The notes: generated from the sequence alone by a model not told the origin. A stretch of 64,000 nucleotides of DNA from a virus (IMGVR_UViG_3300045988_127883:1-64000); one strand, 5' to 3'. Shown: positions 1 to 8,667, counted from the stretch's first letter. Program-made: numbers and translations.

Positions 1-115
1 AAAATTCAATATGTATCAACAAAATTCAATATGTACCAACAAAATTCAATATGTACCAACAAAATTCAATATGTATCAACAAAATTCAATATGTACCAAC
101 AAAATTCAATAGATA
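1..115. repeat. Tandem array of a 20-nt unit (aaaattcaatatgta[t/c]caac) in 5 full copies plus a truncated sixth. Degenerate partial copies (aaaattcaatatga, gttt(t)aaaaca) continue to about 180. The array may extend left of the window.
   Basis: Direct reading: units at 1-20, 21-40, 41-60, 61-80 and 81-100, and a partial unit at 101-114. Units alternate t/c at position 16. They are head-to-tail with no spacers. Confidence 0.9.
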
Positions 116-269
116 AGCGTTTTAAAACAGTGTTCTGTAGATCATTTCCACAAAATTCAATATGATAAGGGTTTAAAACATCATTATATAGGTTCCTTCC
201 AACAGATTAAGGGTTGAGGACTGCATTATGTGAGTATTTTTTTTAAGCGGGATGTTTAACAATTAAAAT

Positions 270-539
270 ATGGATGGTATGAACGTATATGACTTTGCGC
301 CTGACTTAGATTTGAGTAAGGAGGTAGAAGGTTCTATTTTCGGGGTAAAAGGAATAGACGGCAGTGCTGGAATAGTATATGCTAAGGTAGTTAGCTGTGT
401 AGACGTTAAGGATTACAGTTGTGATAGGTGTATTTTATATGATTGTTATAAGGATAAATGTTTATTATCGCGTAGTGATAGTTGTATAGATGGAGATTGG
501 ATTTGTAGGTACGAACAGGCTGCCATAGAGGGGGAGTAG
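270..539 (+). CDS. Hypothetical small Cys-rich protein (89 aa).
   Basis: Intact ORF with ATG start and several Cys pairs (CDRC, CYKDKC, CIDGDWIC). No recognisable family. Confidence 0.35.
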   Translation: MDGMNVYDFAPDLDLSKEVEGSIFGVKGIDGSAGIVYAKVVSCVDVKDYSCDRCILYDCYKDKCLLSRSDSCIDGDWICRYEQAAIEGE

Positions 540-600
540 GCGGCGCCTTGGGCTAAGGCCTGCGGTTGTAGGTGGAACGTAGGTCGGAGCAGAGCCGGAA
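535..600. other. GC-rich island in an AT-rich background, with palindromic ggcgcc/aggcct motifs. It may be a structured RNA or a protein-binding site.
   Basis: Local composition visibly departs from the surroundings. A short hairpin (ccttgggctaagg) is present. Confidence 0.3.
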
Positions 601-646
601 CAGTTTATTGTGGAACTAAAAAAAATAAAAAGGAGGAGATAGCGAT

Positions 647-727
647 ATGAAAAAGGCATTTAAGATATTTTCTATTATGTTTGTCATAGAAATAGTGCTG
701 ATAGCTATTTTAGATGCTATGGCGTAA
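647..727 (+). CDS. Tiny hydrophobic peptide (26 aa, MKKAFKIFSIMFVIEIVLIAILDAMA) preceded by a strong Shine-Dalgarno motif.
   Basis: aggagg at 631-636 lies 10 nt upstream of the ATG. The peptide is predicted to be a single TM helix. It is below the ORF-track size cutoff. Confidence 0.3.
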   Translation: MKKAFKIFSIMFVIEIVLIAILDAMA

Positions 728-770
728 GTGAGAAAAATTTCTTCATTAATTTTCTTATGCTTTAGACAGA

Positions 771-798
771 ATGCTCCCATCTGCGAAGCTCGGAGCAT
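771..798 (+). promoter_or_regulatory. Intergenic hairpin (7-bp stem atgctcc/ggagcat, loop catctgcgaagct). It belongs to the recurrent large-loop hairpin family.
   Basis: Reverse-complement arms read directly. The loop shares the GCGAAG core with the hairpins at 1993, 2609, 3739 and 5806. Confidence 0.35.
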
Positions 799-874
799 TT
801 GCTTTATGGGATTCATGGTGCAGCAAGTCGGTTCGATTCCGGCGATCTCACACAACATTAAAATAGGGAAGAAC

Positions 875-1279
875 ATGTTAAAAGAAGAATTTGAAGAACT
901 GATTAAAAGGGAGGTAAACGAAAATCAGTATAAAAACATAGAAACGGCATACGAGGCTTTGCCGGAGTATATGGATAAGATGTATTTAGCAAGTGCTATT
1001 TCAAATGATATTGGGAAAGCTATTAATGTCTTATCGTTTTTAGGATCGCATATAAGCGAGTTAATGGGTTCGATAATAATCGAAAGGCAAAAGGTGGAAT
1101 CATGTGCCTATGATTTAATAAACAAATCGCATGAGGAGGATGACTTGAAAGCAAGAGAGATTGCCGTGCGATTAATAGGAGAGAGGGAAACAGTGGCATA
1201 CACAGTAAAAGAAGGGCTGCCATTGTGGGAACAAGATAAAAAGTTTATAATAGAATTAATAAAGGAGGATAGAAAATGA
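875..1279 (+). CDS. Hypothetical protein (about 135 aa). The start is taken at the internal ATG (MLKEEFEEL...), because the upstream part of the long ORF is non-coding hairpin sequence.
   Basis: ORF track 728..1279. The 5' 150 nt contain a hairpin and a conserved motif also seen non-coding at 1990-2100. The stop overlaps the next gene's start (ATGA). Confidence 0.45.
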   Translation: MLKEEFEELIKREVNENQYKNIETAYEALPEYMDKMYLASAISNDIGKAINVLSFLGSHISELMGSIIIERQKVESCAYDLINKSHEEDDLKAREIAVRLIGERETVAYTVKEGLPLWEQDKKFIIELIKEDRK

Positions 1280-1623
1280 AAGACGGTATTGTATTGCATC
1301 CAGAGCATGGGTTGAATCCATCCATAGAACTATGCATAGTATGCGGTGAAGAGATGGGGATTGCTTTATTAGGGAATAACATCAAAGGGCAGGCGCCGCA
1401 TCATATATGCACGGGCGGAGTATGTGACAATTGCAAAAAGATAATAGATGACGGAGGTTGTTTTATTATCGAAGTTGAGGATGGATCAGATCAAAAGAAT
1501 CCGTATCGTACAGGGAGATATTGCGCGATAAAGAAAGAAGCAGCAAAGAAAATACTTGGACAGGAGCATAGTATTGTGTACATGGAAAAGTCTGCGTACA
1601 GTCAAATAATACCACAAAAATAA
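1276..1623 (+). CDS. Hypothetical zinc-ribbon protein (115 aa; CIVCGEE...CDNCKK).
   Basis: ORF preceded by aaaggagg. Two CxxC pairs. Confidence 0.5.
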   Translation: MKDGIVLHPEHGLNPSIELCIVCGEEMGIALLGNNIKGQAPHHICTGGVCDNCKKIIDDGGCFIIEVEDGSDQKNPYRTGRYCAIKKEAAKKILGQEHSIVYMEKSAYSQIIPQK

Positions 1624-1631
1624 AGAAAGAT

Positions 1632-1946
1632 ATGTTTACAAAAGAAGAGCGATTATTCATATGGAAAAAGGCATATGAGATGATTGATAGGTTAGAGGAT
1701 GGGGAATACATATGTATTGCGTTAAGCAATGTAGTGTTTATGTATTTCAAAACACATAAAAATATCTATGAGTTTCGTTCAGACGAAATGGTGAGAATAT
1801 ATTTCCCGGAATTGGAGGAGAAGATAAGTATGGCCACAGAACCAGAGGAAACAAGAATGTTTCATGGGTGGTTTGGTCGTCTTAGTCCAGAAACGAAGGA
1901 GGTAAGGCTGAATATTGTGAAAGATATTATAAAAGAATTAGAATAG
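1632..1946 (+). CDS. Hypothetical protein (104 aa).
   Basis: Intact ORF in the co-directional gene array. Confidence 0.45.
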   Translation: MFTKEERLFIWKKAYEMIDRLEDGEYICIALSNVVFMYFKTHKNIYEFRSDEMVRIYFPELEEKISMATEPEETRMFHGWFGRLSPETKEVRLNIVKDIIKELE

Positions 1947-1992
1947 TATTTTTGTTAATCTATTTTATTCATCAAATTAAGTTTTGGGTTTT

Positions 1993-2022
1993 GGCATGTC
2001 GGTTCGTGAGGATAGGCGTGCC
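1993..2022 (+). promoter_or_regulatory. Intergenic hairpin of the same family (stem ggcatg/cgtgcc, 18-nt loop tcggttcgtgaggatagg).
   Basis: Stem and loop read directly. It sits in the 175-nt gap between genes. Confidence 0.35.
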
Positions 2023-2121
2023 TATTTCTGTATCATAGAGGGGATGACGCGGCGTGCCGGTATGTATGTGTCGGTTCTGGTTCGATTCTGGGCATCTCAC
2101 AAACAATAAAACAAAAGAGTT

Positions 2122-2352
2122 ATGAGAATATACAAGAATGATATTATAAAGGCGTCAGCGATAAGCACCGGCGCAGACAGAGGTGTGTTACTGTGTTCAA
2201 TAATAGATTCGGGATTCACGTCTATAGCGGGCGTAATATCGGCTGTTAAGGATAAGTTACCAGGCAAAGATCATAAGAAGATGATTTTTGAAATACGGAA
2301 TGATGGAAGAAACGAATATGGTAGATATAATAATTGCGGAGGAAAAATATGA
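2122..2352 (+). CDS. Hypothetical protein (76 aa).
   Basis: Intact ORF. Confidence 0.4.
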   Translation: MRIYKNDIIKASAISTGADRGVLLCSIIDSGFTSIAGVISAVKDKLPGKDHKKMIFEIRNDGRNEYGRYNNCGGKI

Positions 2353-2561
2353 AATACAGAGGTCTGTTGCTCCCTATGATATTAGCTGCAATGTGCGGAG
2401 ATGATGCCTTTGTGCTAAATACTAAAAGGGGAAAAGGAATGCAATCTACATATAGAAGAGAAAAGATTGTCAGAACAGAAAAAGAATTTGATATTAATGG
2501 TACTAAAGTAATGGCATACTCAAGAAAGGATGCCATTAAGAGATTAAAACATAAGAAGTAG
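2349..2561 (+). CDS. Hypothetical small secreted or lipoprotein-like protein (MKYRGLLLPMILAAMCGDD...).
   Basis: ATG at 2349 is preceded by ggagg. The N-terminus has a hydrophobic segment with a Cys, resembling a lipobox. Confidence 0.4.
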   Translation: MKYRGLLLPMILAAMCGDDAFVLNTKRGKGMQSTYRREKIVRTEKEFDINGTKVMAYSRKDAIKRLKHKK

Positions 2562-2608
2562 AAAACGTATTTTTATGTTAATGTTAGTTTTTTCATTTTT
2601 ATTGAAAG

Positions 2609-2636
2609 GAGCGCCGGCCTGTGAAGGTATGCGCTC
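2609..2636 (+). promoter_or_regulatory. Intergenic hairpin of the same family (6-bp stem gagcgc/gcgctc, 16-nt loop cggcctgtgaaggtat).
   Basis: Read directly. Followed by tttgtatttg. Confidence 0.3.
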
Positions 2637-2670
2637 TTTGTATTTGTATAATACATAAAACAATAATAAT

Positions 2671-2925
2671 ATGACAGATAATAACATAGATGTGAATATC
2701 GTACCTGTAAAGAATGGTGCGAAACGTGTTGTGGTATCATATTACCATTATTCACGCAAGGACAAAAATCACATGAGTTCCCAAACGGATTACGTTTGGG
2801 AAACAAAGAATGAAGAAATGTTTAAATACTTTGAGGCCAGGAGGACAAAAGTATTTTATAGTCAGATTCGTGCCATGTGTAGATTCTATGGCAAGAAAAA
2901 TGTACGTAAATACAAAAAGTTATGA
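2671..2925 (+). CDS. Hypothetical protein (84 aa).
   Basis: Intact ORF. Confidence 0.45.
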   Translation: MTDNNIDVNIVPVKNGAKRVVVSYYHYSRKDKNHMSSQTDYVWETKNEEMFKYFEARRTKVFYSQIRAMCRFYGKKNVRKYKKL

Positions 2926-3725
2926 TATTAAAAACGACAACCAACGAGTTTTGTTTTATTAACGTAAGTTTCTATGAAACAATAGCAGATCCTCGATATT
3001 TCTTTGAACAAGATTATGAAGAGATGCCGGAATATGAGGAGGAATTAGATTTTGATTCTTATTGCAATAAGTTTATTCCTTTTGTACAGGAATGGGCGGA
3101 TAAGGTGGGCGAACGCCTTTATGAATATGGTGTGAATAACATAAAGGTAATATCGGTCGGACATCCAAAAGATCGCAATTATGGTACTGATTGGATGGAT
3201 GTAAGGATAGAGTTTTGTGATGAATGGAGGCAAAAGATGTTATCTAACATTGGTAAGATTATTAATGATGATAAATGCAAGAAGTATGCGGAGGCTAATT
3301 ATCGGTCGGTATCAGGATACATCTTTTTAGGGCCTGAAGATTTAAAGGAATTTGAAAAGAAAATAATAGAAAGAAAGTCGGATTCTGGATATGATGTAAC
3401 AATATTATTAAATATGTATCCAACTTTGGCTTTTGTAAAAGAATTTGGATTTAAAGCCGGAGAAGCGTGGAGTGAAATAACAGAATATGCTTACGGATGT
3501 TTGTCGTATTCCGATTTTGCAACAACAGAGATGCTTATACCAGAAGGTTCGGAGCATTTATTCAAAGACATTTACACGGCAAAGGCCGACGAATTATATC
3601 ATCATGTCCTGGATAAATTCGGATGGGCGTGGCGTGATCCGAAATATAAGTCAGAAACAGAATTATGCGCGATGCTAAAGTGGGCAAAAGAAAAAGGCTT
3701 GACCATTGAAGAGTTAAGTATTTAA
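2922..3725 (+). CDS. Hypothetical protein (267 aa).
   Basis: Long intact ORF. Its start overlaps the previous stop. Confidence 0.5.
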   Translation: MILKTTTNEFCFINVSFYETIADPRYFFEQDYEEMPEYEEELDFDSYCNKFIPFVQEWADKVGERLYEYGVNNIKVISVGHPKDRNYGTDWMDVRIEFCDEWRQKMLSNIGKIINDDKCKKYAEANYRSVSGYIFLGPEDLKEFEKKIIERKSDSGYDVTILLNMYPTLAFVKEFGFKAGEAWSEITEYAYGCLSYSDFATTEMLIPEGSEHLFKDIYTAKADELYHHVLDKFGWAWRDPKYKSETELCAMLKWAKEKGLTIEELSI

Positions 3726-3738
3726 TTGTTAAACATAA

Positions 3739-3770
3739 GGCAGTAGTGGTGCGTGAGTATAGGTGCTGCC
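3739..3770 (+). terminator. Intergenic hairpin of the family (stem ggcag/ctgcc, loop tagtggtgcgtgagtataggtg).
   Basis: Read directly. It lies between the stop at 3725 and the next start at 3789. Confidence 0.35.
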
Positions 3771-3788
3771 GTTAAAATATTTTATAAG

Positions 3789-4037
3789 ATGAAAAAAGAA
3801 GAGATTCAAACTATTTTATACACAATCAAAGAAGGAGACAGTATTAAAATCAAAGTACAAGACAAAAGTGAAGAGATAAGACTGCGGGATCATGTAAGAA
3901 GAACGCAGAAATACGGATACAGGTTTTGTTTGTCTCATTTGCATGATGGAATTTTCTATCTGGAGAAGTTGGAAGAAGGGGATAAGGATAAATACTATAG
4001 AGTAATAAACAGAGGAAATGGAAAGACCGGAGTATAA
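3789..4037 (+). CDS. Hypothetical protein (82 aa, MKKEEIQTILY...).
   Basis: An in-frame internal ATG is chosen because the upstream part of ORF 3753.. overlaps the hairpin. Confidence 0.45.
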   Translation: MKKEEIQTILYTIKEGDSIKIKVQDKSEEIRLRDHVRRTQKYGYRFCLSHLHDGIFYLEKLEEGDKDKYYRVINRGNGKTGV

Positions 4038-4311
4038 TAAGCTACGCAAAATGGCTAAGACTACCCCAGGTCTGATAGTGGACGAGGCGCAAAACATGAT
4101 GCGTGTATCGCTATACGATAATGGGGAACTTAAGAAGGTGGTAGTAGTAATGAAATGCGATTCTTTTTTACAGTCAAAAAGTAACATAGAAAAGATAATG
4201 TTATTATCATCTTCCATAGAAGATAGAAAAAACAAAGAAAAAAATAAAACAAAATCAGAAAATGAACAGAATAACAAAAATAAGAGAAGAAATAGGAGGA
4301 AAACAGGTTGA
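4018..4311 (+). CDS. Hypothetical protein with a K/N/R-rich low-complexity tail (97 aa).
   Basis: ORF. The tail overlaps the next gene by 50 nt in another frame. Confidence 0.35.
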   Translation: MERPEYNKLRKMAKTTPGLIVDEAQNMMRVSLYDNGELKKVVVVMKCDSFLQSKSNIEKIMLLSSSIEDRKNKEKNKTKSENEQNNKNKRRNRRKTG

Positions 4312-4645
4312 TTTGACCTTTTACGGGCGCTTTTGCAGCCTTATCGAAGATGATAGAAAGATAATACTAAGGGCGATAAAAAACGGTCGTAAGAAGGGCG
4401 TAATTGGAGCCATTCAGCCTGGGAGACATGATAGAATTTGGACCACATGGTCTATTGCTTTTGATGATTTGAAGGTAGGGGATACGGTAGAGTTCAGTAC
4501 ATCTGGAAAATACAATCCCGGATTTCATGCTACGGAAAAGTATGTAGGGTGTGTAGAATGGATAAAAGGATCGGAATGTGCGATAAAAACCGGCAATGGA
4601 ATGGCGGTAGTATTAATTAAACACATAGAAAGGGTAGTAAAATGA
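4262..4645 (+). CDS. Hypothetical protein (127 aa).
   Basis: Intact ORF. Confidence 0.45.
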   Translation: MNRITKIREEIGGKQVDLTFYGRFCSLIEDDRKIILRAIKNGRKKGVIGAIQPGRHDRIWTTWSIAFDDLKVGDTVEFSTSGKYNPGFHATEKYVGCVEWIKGSECAIKTGNGMAVVLIKHIERVVK

Positions 4646-4926
4646 TGGGGTTGAGAGAATTTGTAGAACTTTTTGACAAGAATGAAGTAAAGAATTTGTT
4701 TAATGCATTGTCTTCATGTATAGAATACGTAAGGATAGATTTGCATGTATTTAATATAGGTGCTCATGTTGCGTGTCTGTACAGTAATGATCCTGAATTG
4801 CTTTCACAGGCAGAAGGTTGTAATGTGAATATGATAATAGAGGTACCCTACTTGTTTGAAGCATTTATGGAATACGCTTCACCGGAACTGAAAGCTTATT
4901 ATGATGAACTAACAAAAGAAGTATGA
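4642..4926 (+). CDS. Hypothetical protein (94 aa).
   Basis: Intact ORF with ATGA overlap. Confidence 0.45.
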   Translation: MMGLREFVELFDKNEVKNLFNALSSCIEYVRIDLHVFNIGAHVACLYSNDPELLSQAEGCNVNMIIEVPYLFEAFMEYASPELKAYYDELTKEV

Positions 4927-5405
4927 AAGAGGAAGTAGAACGGATAAAGAAGTTGGTTGGCATAGATCATAACAGATGGGAGCAACCTTGTACATGTGAT
5001 AAATGCAAGAATATGTGTAAGGTTCCTTGTATTGGTACGCCAAAAGACATAGAAGCTATCATAGATGCAGGATATGCTGACAGGCTAAAAGAGACAATGT
5101 GGATGGTGGGGTATCTTGCAGTGAAAGAAAAACCAATAGCGATGATCCAGCCAACAGAAAAAGACGGGTGGTGCGCATTCCGCCAGCCGGACGGTCTCTG
5201 CGAGCTGCATGACCGCGGACTAAAGCCGACTGAAGGAGTTCTGGCTTCTTGCAAGGTGGTTGAAGAAGACGATATTCCAACATACGAGACATCCGTACTT
5301 AGAGCGGTAGCCCACGAGTGGGTTAAGGTAGAGAACTTCGCAACTATAATGAGGGTCGTTTTTAAATACTTGCATTACAATGAACGTAGAGAACAAGATA
5401 AATAA
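4923..5405 (+). CDS. Hypothetical Cys-rich protein (160 aa; CTCDKCKNMCKVPC).
   Basis: Intact ORF. Confidence 0.5.
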   Translation: MKEEVERIKKLVGIDHNRWEQPCTCDKCKNMCKVPCIGTPKDIEAIIDAGYADRLKETMWMVGYLAVKEKPIAMIQPTEKDGWCAFRQPDGLCELHDRGLKPTEGVLASCKVVEEDDIPTYETSVLRAVAHEWVKVENFATIMRVVFKYLHYNERREQDK

Positions 5406-5784
5406 GATAGCTAAGATCTTAAAAGAAAAAGGATTTATTGTGTATAAGAAAGGCGGAAAGGAACCAGGTGTGTTTTACGCCAAAGAAGGTGACAGCCGGA
5501 TAGGATTCGTTTATCCCAACAACGGATATATATACGACAGGATAAAGATGTGGTCTTTTTCAAGGATATATAAACCACATAAGAAAACCGGATCTTCGTG
5601 TTTAATGTGTGTCAGCGACGAATTTACTATAGAAAATGCGATTAAGAACATAGGGGATAGACTGTGGGTAAATTATATAAAAGATGGTAACGGAAAACGA
5701 CCAGAAGAATATAAAAATATAAGAGAATTTGTTGGTAGCTTCACTAAATTCTACAACTCTGTAGAATTAGTTGAGGTTAAGTAG
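5380..5784 (+). CDS. Hypothetical protein (134 aa).
   Basis: Intact ORF. Confidence 0.45.
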   Translation: MNVENKINKIAKILKEKGFIVYKKGGKEPGVFYAKEGDSRIGFVYPNNGYIYDRIKMWSFSRIYKPHKKTGSSCLMCVSDEFTIENAIKNIGDRLWVNYIKDGNGKRPEEYKNIREFVGSFTKFYNSVELVEVK

Positions 5785-5805
5785 TTTTCCATGTAAGTTA
5801 GTTAC

Positions 5806-5842
5806 CGGCACTGGTCTGCGAAGATAGGTGCCGTTTTTTTTA
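5806..5842 (+). terminator. Rho-independent-like terminator. It has a 6-bp stem cggcac/gtgccg with a 16-nt loop tggtctgcgaagatag, followed by T9. It is the best member of the hairpin family.
   Basis: Stem, loop and T-run read directly. It lies between the stop at 5784 and the RBS (aaaggagg) of the gene at 5863. Confidence 0.55.
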
Positions 5843-5862
5843 TTCAAGAAAGGAGGACAAAG

Positions 5863-6114
5863 ATGGAGAAAAGAGACAAGAAGATACCTTATGAGGTAGT
5901 CATACAGGAAAGAAAAAGGGTGGATTTATACGGTAACATAGTGTATTATATCCATTGGTTTGATAAATATGGGTACAATATCACAAAAGAATGGAAATTT
6001 TGGAGCAAGGGCCCGAAAAAGAAATACGATAGAGTTAATCGTTATCTAACGGATAGTTGGCTGAAGGAATACTGTGGGAATAACAATTTAAAGATAAGTA
6101 GAATAAAGGAATGA
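5863..6114 (+). CDS. Hypothetical protein (83 aa).
   Basis: ORF with aaaggagg SD. Confidence 0.5.
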   Translation: MEKRDKKIPYEVVIQERKRVDLYGNIVYYIHWFDKYGYNITKEWKFWSKGPKKKYDRVNRYLTDSWLKEYCGNNNLKISRIKE

Positions 6115-6326
6115 AAACGATAAAAGTAGACAAAGTGATATTATATTACATGGATCGGGTAGACCCTGACGGGAACTTATACCGGTTCTATGTGTATAAA
6201 GGAATGGCATCTGAAATAGAATACTTTTGCACTGAAGAGGCAGGTAATATGACCATACCAATCGGAGAAGGAGAGTATGTCAAGATCGTACCAAAAGAAA
6301 TAGAGAAAATACCGGTAAGGGGATAA
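6111..6326 (+). CDS. Hypothetical protein (71 aa).
   Basis: Intact ORF. Confidence 0.45.
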   Translation: MKTIKVDKVILYYMDRVDPDGNLYRFYVYKGMASEIEYFCTEEAGNMTIPIGEGEYVKIVPKEIEKIPVRG

Positions 6327-6342
6327 TAGTGCTTCGAATAGC

Positions 6343-6567
6343 ATGTTTTGGGAAACATTTGAAAAATTGGATTTGGATACTGGTGATGCCACATGGCTTC
6401 ACCAGTCCTACTGCTGCGACCACTGTGTCAACCATTGGGGAATAGGCTTATGCGTGTGTGGATCAGGACAGAAGGTAGGAAAATGTGAATGTGGATCCCA
6501 AAAGGCACATGATATATTAGGGGTTAAATATGATTCGTTTGGAGTAATATTAAAAAACTTTGGATAA
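6343..6567 (+). CDS. Hypothetical Cys-rich protein (74 aa).
   Basis: Intact ORF with CCDHC/CVCGSG/CECGS motifs. Confidence 0.45.
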   Translation: MFWETFEKLDLDTGDATWLHQSYCCDHCVNHWGIGLCVCGSGQKVGKCECGSQKAHDILGVKYDSFGVILKNFG

Positions 6568-7043
6568 TGGATATAGTAAGTAAATACACCGCCTTGTTAG
6601 GACAACAGAAGCTAAAAGAATCATTTGTGAAAGATTTGGAGCTTGTATTATCAAGAAAAAATCCTAATATAGAAAAAGGGAAACTTAATTTCATTCGTTA
6701 TTCAGAAATGAAAAATTGGAGTGTAAGAGAGTTGTTTGGTGAAGACTTGGAACAAGCTGATAGGGCTTTAATAAACAAGGTGTATCATATGCTATTTGAT
6801 ATAGGTTCGGATTTTGAATCGGTTATAAGAATGCTATATAGCTTTCGTAACGGACCTAAATCGGGGATAAAAGTGGCGGATCCAGAGGATAATTACGAAT
6901 GGACTAACAAGGACGGAAATGAAAAATATTCTACTAAAAATCTCCCAAAAGCGCATTTTAGATGGGATTGGAGAAGATATACCTTATCAAAAGAATCCGT
7001 TGATAAAATAACGGAGTTTGTAGACACCATATTAGAATCATAG
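6567..7043 (+). CDS. Hypothetical protein (158 aa).
   Basis: Intact ORF. Confidence 0.5.
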   Translation: MDIVSKYTALLGQQKLKESFVKDLELVLSRKNPNIEKGKLNFIRYSEMKNWSVRELFGEDLEQADRALINKVYHMLFDIGSDFESVIRMLYSFRNGPKSGIKVADPEDNYEWTNKDGNEKYSTKNLPKAHFRWDWRRYTLSKESVDKITEFVDTILES

Positions 7044-7050
7044 AGAAATT

Positions 7051-7305
7051 ATGAACGAAGTAATTTTAAGCAACATGTTAGGATGTCAGACATATTGTAT
7101 ATCAGACAGTCCTTCGAATAGATACTGTCTTATTGGACCTATTGAGTGCAATGAGAAGTTAATAGAAGTGTTTAAGAAGGGGATAACAGTAAAACTCAAA
7201 TACGTGGAAAAACGGGTCCTGGATGCATTTACGGACAACGGAATCGACCTGAGTAATTACACTCATTGTATTATTGTGAAGCGGAATTTTTATCTCGCTT
7301 GGTAA
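7051..7305 (+). CDS. Hypothetical protein (84 aa).
   Basis: Intact ORF. Confidence 0.4.
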   Translation: MNEVILSNMLGCQTYCISDSPSNRYCLIGPIECNEKLIEVFKKGITVKLKYVEKRVLDAFTDNGIDLSNYTHCIIVKRNFYLAW

Positions 7306-7323
7306 CGGCAAAACATAAACAAT

Positions 7324-7986
7324 ATGAATAATTTTGTAATAGATACTCCAGATAATTTCTGGCAAATAAGATGGCTTGACAAGTATATGGAAGGCCACAA
7401 AGGATTCATAGCTGGTGGATGTTTTAAAAATATCCTTTCCGGAGAGAGAGTAAAAGATATTGATATTTTCTTTGAAAGTGAAAGCGATTTTCAGGAAGCT
7501 ATTGATTCGTTCAATGATGAAAAACATCAGAAAGAAGGATGGAAATTTAAGTACAGAAATGAGAAGGTATGTGCGTTCCAGAAAGAGGGAGAAAAGGTAT
7601 GGATAGAGTTCATAGAGTCAGAGTTTGGAAAGCCGGAAGAGATTCTTAGGAGCTTCGATTTTACTGTGGCAAAAATGGCTTACTACAAGGAGCCCAAATA
7701 CGAAGAAAAAGAAGATGATTATTTTCCATTCTCATCTGCAAGTATAGTAGGATACGAGTATAAACTTCTATACCATGAGAAATTCTTCGAACATCTTCAT
7801 ATGAAGAGGCTGGTTATTGACGAGAATATCCCTTTTCCAGTAAGTACATGGGAGCGCTCATATCGGTATAAAGGATATGGTTACAATATGTGTAGGGAGA
7901 CAAAGAAAAAACTTCTACAGGCTCTTAAAGGTGTAAACGTAGAGGAGGAAGATGTATCTTTGTACACTACTGGAGGATGGGATTAA
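7324..7986 (+). CDS. Putative nucleotidyltransferase-fold protein (220 aa).
   Basis: The motif AGG-x12-DIDIFF fits the Pol-beta-type NTase signature hG[GS]x9-13DhDh. Nothing else is recognisable. Confidence 0.4.
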   Translation: MNNFVIDTPDNFWQIRWLDKYMEGHKGFIAGGCFKNILSGERVKDIDIFFESESDFQEAIDSFNDEKHQKEGWKFKYRNEKVCAFQKEGEKVWIEFIESEFGKPEEILRSFDFTVAKMAYYKEPKYEEKEDDYFPFSSASIVGYEYKLLYHEKFFEHLHMKRLVIDENIPFPVSTWERSYRYKGYGYNMCRETKKKLLQALKGVNVEEEDVSLYTTGGWD

Positions 7987-8004
7987 CTTATAAAACATAG
8001 ATAT

Positions 8005-8667
8005 ATGAATACATCATTTGAGAAATCTAAAAACAGTACAGATGAATGGTACACACCTAAAGAAATTATAGACGCTTTAGGGGAATTTGATTTAGATCCA
8101 TGTGCGCCTATGCGTCCGTTATGGAGGACAGCCAGGGTTATGTATAACAAAGAGCAAGATGGATTAAAACAAAAATGGGAAGGAAGGGTATGGTTAAACC
8201 CACCTTATTCAAGACCGACTATAGAGCATTTTATTACTCGTATGGTAGAGCACAATAACGGAATAGCTCTTCTTTTTAATCGTCTTGACAATAAGATGTT
8301 TCAGGATGTTGTATTCCCGAAAGCAAAAGGTATATTGTTCATGAAAGGAAGGATAAAATTCCACAGAGAAGATGGAACAATAGGTGAAAGTCCAGGATGT
8401 GGGTCTATTCTGGTTGCATTCGGCGAAGAGAATGCGGAAATATTAAGATCTTCTAATATTGAAGGAAGATATATACAGGTCAATCAAGAACCGTGTAACA
8501 CCCATGTAGATTGGGAACAACGTAGATACGAGATGGCAAAAACCATGCTTCCGATCACATCCGTATCAGGACGTGGACCTCACGGTGAATTAATATTGGA
8601 AGCGTGTGATAAGGCGGCTGAATTAGCTGTAACATATGCGGATGCTTTAATTAAAGAACTGAAATGA
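8005..8667 (+). CDS. DNA N6-adenine methyltransferase, phage Dam-like family (220 aa).
   Basis: N-terminal DEWYTPKEIIDALGEFDLDPCAP and the catalytic NPPYS motif are characteristic of the phage N-6-adenine-methyltransferase family. Confidence 0.7.
   Translation: MNTSFEKSKNSTDEWYTPKEIIDALGEFDLDPCAPMRPLWRTARVMYNKEQDGLKQKWEGRVWLNPPYSRPTIEHFITRMVEHNNGIALLFNRLDNKMFQDVVFPKAKGILFMKGRIKFHREDGTIGESPGCGSILVAFGEENAEILRSSNIEGRYIQVNQEPCNTHVDWEQRRYEMAKTMLPITSVSGRGPHGELILEACDKAAELAVTYADALIKELK

Noticed and set aside
1-115. CRISPR array at the window start.
   Set aside because: The 20-nt units are directly contiguous with no spacers, and no cas genes are nearby. This is a tandem iteron, not CRISPR.
808-850. 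Possible tRNA genes, suggested by GGTTCGATTCC T-loop-like cores at 829-839 and 2065-2075.
   Set aside because: No 7-bp acceptor stem, D-arm or anticodon arm can be paired for either locus. The second T-stem needs three G-U pairs. They are treated as a regulatory motif instead.
465-876. Minus-strand ORFs 465..659 and 616..876.
   Set aside because: They are antisense to a co-directional plus-strand gene array and overlap a GC-rich island and hairpins. There is no coding signal.
4240-4311. Possible programmed -1 frameshift in the A-rich overlap between ORFs 4018..4311 and 4262..4645.
   Set aside because: No canonical slippery heptamer plus downstream structure was found. It is more likely simple overlap, or a mis-called end of the first gene.
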